Of a stretch of DNA of 64,000 bases, positions 56,297 to 64,000 are shown piece by piece. The translations under genes and the position numbers were made by a program. Source of the DNA: Octopus sinensis (Eukaryota); contig NC_043018.1 in the NCBI RefSeq assembly GCF_006345805.1, positions 1,054,001 to 1,118,000 of the forward strand, written 5' to 3'. Within the stretch, counting starts at the first letter, position 1; each line of letters opens with the position of its first letter. Under the pieces are notes generated by a model. That model ran no database searches. It was not told where the DNA came from and was given only the letters and a program-made list of their open reading frames with translations.

Positions 56297-56640
56297 GTTT
56301 TTGTTATTGTCGTTCTTGCTGGTGGCGGTTGTGTCGGTAGTAGGGGAGGCAGCTGTAGCAGCAGATATTGAAGTGGTGGCGTTGGTGTTAACAGCAGGGT
56401 TTTTGGTGGCGGTGAAGGTGAATAGCCTAGCGACCTTGGTTTTGTTGTTGTTATTGTTGTTGTTGGTGGTGGTGTCGGTAGCATAGGAAGCAGTTGTAGT
56501 AGCAGAAGCCGCCGTAGTGGTAGTGTCAGTGTTGATGGTGGAGTCATTGGTGGCGGTGATCGTGGGTGGCCTTGCAACCTTGGTTTTGTTGTTATTGCTG
56601 TTCTTGGTGTTAGTGGCGTTGAAGCTGTCAGGTTCAGCGA
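56290..56640 (-). repeat. ~140-bp degenerate tandem repeat with Thr/Asn/Ala-rich (mucin-like) coding potential
   Basis: Minus strand NNNKTKVARPPTITATNDSTINTDTTTTAASATTTASYATDTTT / NNNKTKVARLFTFTATK...; one frameshift at an A-run. Confidence 0.5.
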
Positions 56641-56779
56641 ACAGTGGCGGAAAATTTTACACTTTTGTTTCTGCAGCCTCGCTGGCGTCACGCCTGACTT
56701 GCCCGCTGGTCTCGTGGTGACCGGTGGCCACATTTGAAGATAAATATGGCTAAAATCAAACCACGAAGCCTTACAAATT

Positions 56780-56808
56780 GATACAGATAGATAGATAGAT
56801 AGAAAGAT

Positions 56809-56843
<35 letters not shown>

Positions 56844-57058
56844 CAGACACAGATAAATAAGTAATTAGATAGATAGATAGATAGATAGATAGACAGACAA
56901 AGATAAGCAGGTAATTATATAGATAGATAGATAGATATATAGATAGAAAAATATATAGATAGATAGATACATAGATCGATACATAGATAGATAGAAAGAC
57001 ACAGATAAACAAGTAATTAGATAGATAAATAGAAAGACACAGATAAACAGGTAATTAT

Positions 57059-57099
<41 letters not shown>

Positions 57100-57111
57100 G
57101 ACATGCGCACA

Positions 57112-57170
<59 letters not shown>
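56780..57170. repeat. (GATA)n and (CA)n microsatellites
   Basis: Direct reading. Confidence 0.96.
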
Positions 57171-57174
<4 letters not shown>

Positions 57175-57837
57175 GATGGCTGCAGCACAATTTCGAATAC
57201 TGCTATCATTTCTTTTTCTTCTTAAACATGTGAAGCAAGGAAGCAGCTCGTTAGACTTGGAAGGACCTTATTCTCTTCTCTGTACATGTGTTTCAAAGAA
57301 GGGCACATCTTGCAGTCGGTAGTGTAAAATTGTTTTGGTAAACATTCCTATAAAATTTCCACAGTCCATTAATACACATTGTTTTCCATATATTTTGCAC
57401 TCTTCTGAAATTGCAGACGCCATTTAATTTATAGTTAACGTATGTGCGTGTCTTTCCTGATGACCTCTAAGAATTCAGTTGCTTAGATTGACACGCCTAC
57501 ATTCGTTAATTATTAAAATACCCCGTGGGCCAGAATACTGATTCTTATTCACATCAAAACCAACATCTCGCTTGAACTTTTCATACACGATACGATTTAT
57601 ATTCATCCAAATACGTATTCATATGAATAGTTCGATTTTTACATTGAAGCAAGCAACAACGCTCATTCAAACACATACATTTCAAAACCTCAGAGGAGCG
57701 TTTTACTTTGCTTTTTAGTGTAAATTCAAATCCACAACCATTCTGTGATAGGGAAAAATAGAATATTCTGGTTCGTTTTAATTTCATGTTTACACACTCT
57801 GACTCTTCTGCTTTTGATACATACATACATATACATA

Positions 57838-58023
57838 TACTCTTTTACTCATTTACTTGTTTCAGTCATTTGACTTCGGTCATGCTGGAGCACCGCTTTT
57901 AGTCGAGAAAATCGAGCCCGGGACTTATTCTTTGTAAGCCCAGTACTTATTCTATCGGTCTCTTTTGCCGAACCGCAAAGAGACGAGGACGGTTGTCAAG
58001 CAACGTTAGGGGGACAAACACAG

Positions 58024-58055
<32 letters not shown>

Positions 58056-58067
58056 CACACACACATA

Positions 58068-58154
<87 letters not shown>

Positions 58155-58598
58155 GGTCACCACGAGACCAGCGGGCAAGTCAGGCGTGACGCCAGCGAGG
58201 CTGCAGAAACAAAAGATTCGTTAGCTACTGCACGCATTTTTTTTTCTCTCCTTCTTTCTGTGTTTTTTTCTCTCTGTGTATCTTTCTGTTGAAGAGCGTA
58301 GGCTCGAAACGTTAAAGACTTGTTTTATTTATATTTCCTGAGCGCCATACTAATACAATTGTTCGTTTGTTTTCCACCTGCCTTCGTCTTTTGTCTATTT
58401 TCATAAAGCTTCCCATTATATATATATTATATATATATACGACAGGTTTCGTTCAGTTTCCGTCTACCAAATCCACTCGCGAGGCATTGGCCGGCCCGGG
58501 GCTATAGCAGAAGACACTTGCCCAAGATGCCATACAGTGGGACTGAACGCGGAACCATGTGGTTGGTTAGCAAGCTACTTACCACACAGCCACTCCTG
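57838..58598 (-). mobile_element. SINE family C split by a nested insertion
   Basis: 3' half 57838-~58150 and 5' half ~58438-58598, interrupted within its (CA)/(TA) tract by 58155-58425. Confidence 0.85.
58215..58425 (+). mobile_element. Penelope-type solo pLTR with minimal hammerhead (58281-58318)
   Basis: Near-identical copy at 61778-61980; both end at (TA)n. Motif TCTTT-CTGTTGA-A-GAGC(gtag)GCTC-GAAA-C-GTT|AAAGA. Confidence 0.7.
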
Positions 58599-58704
58599 AT
58601 GTATGTATATCACGATTCTTCATACATCCATATATGTGGATACTTCCCAACATCCATACGTATATATATATAAACGGGAAATTGCACATTAACATAGAAA
58701 TGCA

Positions 58705-59277
58705 TAATTTTATTATTATTGAGTGAGAGAGCAGTGCATGACATCAAAGTGACACTGGGGTAAAATATACGAAGCCCAATATAACCATCATGACTACCCG
58801 TCTGATAAAGGTACACCAGGCACATGCATCACAACCATATGTGCGCGACATGGTGATCTCATATCAAGATAAACAGCACATGACCTTGCAGGTGGGGCCC
58901 AGTTAGAATTTTCTTCAGGTTGAGTAGCCCATCCCGCTCAAAAGGTCCCTGAATAAGGGTTGTTTAAGGATGTTGAAAGAACCACCCATGTTTCCAGAGG
59001 TGAATTATTCAAACCCCAAAGAATCCCTCTCAACACATGGCTATGATGCTCCCCCACTACTTCTGCTCGTGATCAGAGATGCACATATCGTCGGCCACTA
59101 AGGAACATGCTCAACTGGTTAAGGTCAAACAACTGACAAGCAAATCTGTGGTATTGAGCAGAATATTTTCTGTAGCCCATCTTTTATACCAAGACAAAAC
59201 AATGTATATGATAACACTTCCAATCAGTTAAGATCAGAAGCCATGAGAGCCACTGCCTGGTACTGCATCAAGGCATT
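58705..59277. repeat. ~570-bp non-coding interspersed-repeat-like segment bounded by (ATT)n on both sides
   Basis: Higher GC than its flanks with sharp (ATT)n boundaries; no second copy in this window; class unknown. Confidence 0.45.
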
Positions 59278-59306
59278 TATTATTATTATTATTGTTATTA
59301 TTATTA

Positions 59307-59351
<45 letters not shown>

Positions 59352-59377
59352 TATTATTATTATTATTGTTATTATTA

Positions 59378-59443
<66 letters not shown>

Positions 59444-59734
59444 ATCATTACTTACATCAGCATCTTTTTCAATGTTGTTTCCATTTTTTTGCCTAGTGTC
59501 TTCCTGACACCTAGGGCAGAGACACGTACTGTATACATTGATAGCCCATTAAAACAAGCACGCCAGGTTGTTCATTTACAGAGTCAAGTGATAGAGAAAA
59601 GGTTAAGACAGAGACGAAAAAGAAAAAAATAGGAAAGTAAACAAATAAAATAAAGGGAGGTAAAAGGAAATATCATTATAATTATCATTATTAATATTCT
59701 TATTATCTTCATAATTATTATTATTATTATTACA

Positions 59735-59782
<48 letters not shown>

Positions 59783-59866
59783 TTATTATTATTATTATTA
59801 TTATTATTATCATTATTATTATTATATTATTATCATTATCATTATTTTATATCATTATCATTATTA

Positions 59867-59899
<33 letters not shown>

Positions 59900-60050
59900 C
59901 ATTATTATTATTTTATCATTTATTATTCATTATCGTTATTATTATTATCATTATTATTATCATCATCATCATTATAATTATAATAATAATTATTATTATT
60001 ATTATTGCTATTATTATTATTATCATTATATTATTATTGTTATTAACATT
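59278..60050. repeat. (ATT)n microsatellites (59278-59450, 59675-60050)
   Basis: Direct reading; source of the poly-I/L/N ORFs. Confidence 0.97.
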
Positions 60051-60776
60051 ATTATGTATCCATGTGAATGAACAGCTACTTTGAAACCAAATTCCTCTTT
60101 ATATAGCATTCGTTCATATGTATTTACACACTTTAGATGCTTCTGTAACGATTCCAAATATTTAACTAAGAAAGATTACGTATTTAAAAAAAAAAATATG
60201 TTCATACACTTTCGTTTTTATCTTCTGCACATTTTCTACTTTCGTTATCTTGAAAGTTCAGTTTATATAGTATATTTAAAATTTTCTTCTTCACTTTTTA
60301 TTCGGGAATATTTTTTCACGTGTCGATTATGTGTGGCTATGTATCTTTATGCTTGCAAGTGTAAACATAACTGCGTATAGATTTATACATACCGCAGTTT
60401 CAGAATAGGTTTGTATTAGTGAGTATTTGTTAGGATGCTTCATGCATGTATAATGTAAAATTCTAGCGAAGAATTATATGCCCCCCACCACAAAAAAAAA
60501 ATAACATAAATTTCTTATATAAATGTAAATATTTCATTCTGGTTTTCAAAATTTCAGGCATTCAATCTGACTGAATCTCCACCCTTCCTCCCACTCTCCT
60601 ACTCCCTTGCAGGAATAATCGCTCTTTTACTGGAATCTATATATTTTGCATTTGCAGCGAAAGGAGTACAGAATTTTTTGCTGATTTTTTAAATTCTTTT
60701 TCGCAACAAAATATTCAGCTTGCATTGCACTTTTAAGTTTGTGAACACAAGCACACACAAGGTTTAACATATAAAA

Positions 60777-60863
<87 letters not shown>

Positions 60864-60972
60864 ATATCTATATATATGTAAAATGTAAACATATATATAT
60901 GCATGTATATATATATGTATATATATGTATATATAATGTATATGTATATATAATGTAAAAATATGTATTAAA

Positions 60973-61290
60973 GACCCCCTTCGGTCAGGCACTGACCATG
61001 GGTTTGCACCTAGAGAGATACCCTCTGAGGCACAAGTCTGGGCAAGGTTGTTTTATGGAAGACCAGCAGTCGCCCATGCATACCGGCCTCCCCTCTCCAC
61101 GTCACCGATGTTGTCCAAGGGAAAGGCAAGGGCCGATACAGCTTGGCACCTGTGACGTCGCAACTCATTTCTACAGCTGAGTGAACTGGAGCAACGTGAA
61201 ATAAAGTGCCTTGCTCAAGAACACAACACGCAGCCCCGTCCGGGATTCGAGCTCACAACCTCACGATCGTAAGCTCGACGCTCTAACCAC
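60973..61290 (-). mobile_element. SINE family D
   Basis: Reverse complement of 52905-53232. Confidence 0.88.
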
Positions 61291-61407
61291 TTATATATAG
61301 TTATATGTACATATAATGTAAACATTTATATACATACATGTATACATATATATATATTTATATGTATATATAATGTAAACATATAATACATGTATATATA
61401 TATATAT

Positions 61408-61461
<54 letters not shown>

Positions 61462-61777
61462 ATAATTTTGCATATATACACACACACATGCGTACACGCA
61501 CACAGACGCATGCACAGACATGTTTGATATATTCTTGTTTGTGCATTTACTACGTGCACACAGTCAAACACACGAATGCTGTGCCGAAAGTAAGGCGAAA
61601 TTGGCCGTTACATTATTAATAACTAGCATAGGTTGTAAAAATTACCCAAAACGCAGATTGATATATTCTCTGTGCTACACTGTCGTCTTCTCGTACATTG
61701 CACGCATACACTAAGTTCCATGCACATGGGACATTTCCATCTACCTATAATCCGTAGGCTATTCAATATATATATGT

Positions 61778-61979
61778 TGATTCGTTAGCTACTGCACGCA
61801 TTTTTTTTCTCTCCTTCTTCTGTGTTTTCCTCTCTCTGTGTATCTTTCTGTTGAAGAGCGTAGGCTCGAACGTTAAAGACTTGTTTTATTTATATTTCCT
61901 GAGCGCCATAACTAATACAATTGTTCGTTTTGTTTTTCCACCTGCCTTCGTCTTTTGTTTATTTTCATAAAGCTTCCCG

Positions 61980-61980
<1 letters not shown>
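61778..61980 (+). mobile_element. Second copy of the Penelope-type solo pLTR; hammerhead GAAA reads GAA
   Basis: Matches 58215-58425; motif at 61843-61879. Confidence 0.7.
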
Positions 61981-62031
<51 letters not shown>

Positions 62032-62041
62032 ATATATATTA

Positions 62042-62084
<43 letters not shown>

Positions 62085-62390
62085 TATATATGTACACATA
62101 ATATATACATATATATATATTTAGGTAGTTGAATGAATTATCTTAGTGTGGATAATTCGGTTAACCGATACCTGGGTAGCAAATTCCCGTCAGAAAACAC
62201 GTTTGAAGCTACATGCAAAGGGCAGAGATCACGTGCTTTCATGTGGAAAGTTTTTCTTTCGAAATTAGGAATATGCAGCCTTCGAAACATATGTCGAGAA
62301 TAAAGGAATTTTGTTAATCGTCGTTCAACCCCATTCTTTCATTATTTATTTATATATATATTATATATAATATATATATATATATATATA

Positions 62391-63169
62391 AATACACTCA
62401 GACATATAACGTATATTCGTCGAAAATCAGTTTTTGCCCACTGACTTTTGGCAACACCTATCTGCGCACATGCTGTTAATAGAAACCGGATATGCGAAGA
62501 TGCCAATAAATGACGGCCGTTTTTGAAATGCATCACTATAAGTGATGAGTTATATGGTTATTGACGATTTTCGGCATATTTGGTATTAGAACTTTTATTT
62601 TGCCCTTGTTCGTAAATTTAACCTCTAAAGGTATTTTTTAATATGCTGGCCATTGATAAAATTTTTTCGAAAAATGTTATCCTATATTAGACGTTAATTT
62701 AAATACTATTCATTTCCGGACTCTCACTTTATGAGAATTTTCAGTCCGATCAACATGTCTCGGGGTGTGGTATAGAATTTTTATTTTGGATATACTAAGG
62801 GTACTTAAGAGTACTCAGGACTTAGTGTTTGCTTCTTCCATGGGTATAAGTAAGTATTTCATTTACTTCTTACCGTATTTATCGCTGACGAGGAGAGAAT
62901 TCGTATGAATTAAAACTGAAATCGGAACCGATACAATAATAACGGAAGTTTTTGAAATTTCTGTCGGCTTACTTCGACACGCGTGCTTATAGTGATGAAT
63001 TATATGGTTGTTGACGATTTAAGTTGATTTTCGAGATATTTGGCATTGTAATTTTTCTCTTGCCCTTGTTTATAAGTTGTTTATAAATTTAACCTTTAAA
63101 TGTATTTTTTTAATATGCTGGCCATTGATAGAACTTTTTTCAAAAAATTTTATCCTATATTAGATATTA

Positions 63170-63173
<4 letters not shown>
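62391..63173 (+). mobile_element. (TA)n-bounded element with ~460-bp-period direct repeat and a hammerhead
   Basis: ~62405-62700 and ~62871-63173 are diverged direct repeats (e.g. taatatgctggccattgata, ttatcctatattaga). Confidence 0.6.
62865..62949 (+). ncRNA. Full-size type I hammerhead ribozyme candidate
   Basis: CTGACGA (62885-62891); stem II with AATTC(gtat)GAATT; GAAA (62918-62921); stem III ATCGG(aa)CCGAT; triplet ATA (62931-62933); ~16-bp imperfect stem I acttcttaccgtatttatcg / caataataacggaagt. Confidence 0.7.
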
Positions 63174-63208
<35 letters not shown>

Positions 63209-63837
63209 AGTATGTGTATATATGTATGTATGTATATATATATATATCTGTACGTTTGTAGATATGTATTTTGTATCTATGTATATTTGCATGTATATAG
63301 TTATTCTGGTTTTGGGAAGAAATACTTAAGCGTGGTACTGTGCCCATGACTTATTCAGTTATTCATGTATCATCCATTTTGATTTGCTCAAATCGTTTGA
63401 TGTTAGGCAGCGTTGGAGAAACTCCTTTGTTGAATTCCGATAACGCCATTTCCCCTTTCAGACCAAATCCCAAGGCTGACGGGCTTTATGGGTGATATAA
63501 TAACAGAATCCTACAAGAAAAGAAAGTAATAAGTTGTGTTAGTTGTGGCTGTATGAGAAATGTTATCTGCGCCCACATTCGATTTTCATTCTCTCGGTTT
63601 TAGGTAGGTGTAAGTAGGGGATCAATGCAAAAATATTTACACCTCCTATTCATTTTCGGCCCTATACCTAAATTTATATTACGAGAGCAGGGGATTTTGA
63701 GAATCATTAGAGTCTCAGAGAAATTGTTTTATGCTCTCTATACCGGCTCCTTGCGTTCTAACCCAAATTTCGAATGATACTGAGGTGAACTTTGCCTTTG
63801 AGCCTATTCTGTCCAATAGAATTCAGTAGCAGGCACA

Positions 63838-64000
63838 CTGGGATCAATATTATTCAGTGTGACTCGCACCTCAATGCCACAAGTCATTTTGCTGTGATTA
63901 TAGTTTATTTTCGCAATGCTTGTGTTTCTGGGATCAATATTATTCAGTGTGACTCGCACATCAATGCCACAAGTCATTTTGCTGTGATTATAGTTTATTT
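63838..64000. repeat. 90-bp tandem repeat running off the window
   Basis: Units begin ctgggatcaatattattcag at 63838 and 63928; one mismatch over the 73 nt compared. Confidence 0.9.

Noticed and set aside
58705-58830. HDV-like ribozyme at the end of the ATT-bounded segment
   Set aside because: CAGTG/CACTG-GG could form P1, but a consistent P2/P3/L3 could not be built by hand.

Overview
AT-rich, repeat-dominated eukaryotic DNA, most likely a coleoid cephalopod (Octopus-type). That assignment is inferred from the tRNA-derived SINE families and the (TA)n/(TATC)n/(AG)n/(ATT)n microsatellite load. Almost all ORFs in the supplied track are translated microsatellites. The informative content is mobile DNA: a near full-length Penelope-like retroelement (RT plus C-terminal GIY-YIG, Naiad-like motifs) at about 1-6238 between two near-identical direct pseudo-LTRs; several non-autonomous Penelope-type fragments; two maT/DD37D-like and one mariner-like transposase relic; a 5'-truncated RTE LINE with a 9-bp TSD; Helitron-like 5' ends; and four SINE families. 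Hand-folding found 8 hammerhead-ribozyme-like motifs in 5 architectures that the ORF track does not show, including variant cores (CCGACGA, CUGUUGA) and a full-size type I hammerhead in a ~460-bp tandem unit. Inside the large Penelope-like element, same-strand paralogous tracts differ mostly by C<->T and A<->G with consistent polarity, suggesting strand-asymmetric deamination or editing. Host-gene evidence is weak: one plausible minus-strand exon (10666-10909) plus speculative mucin/SEA-like pieces. All calls come from reading the sequence by eye; no search or folding program was run, and repeat boundaries are approximate unless a TSD defines them.
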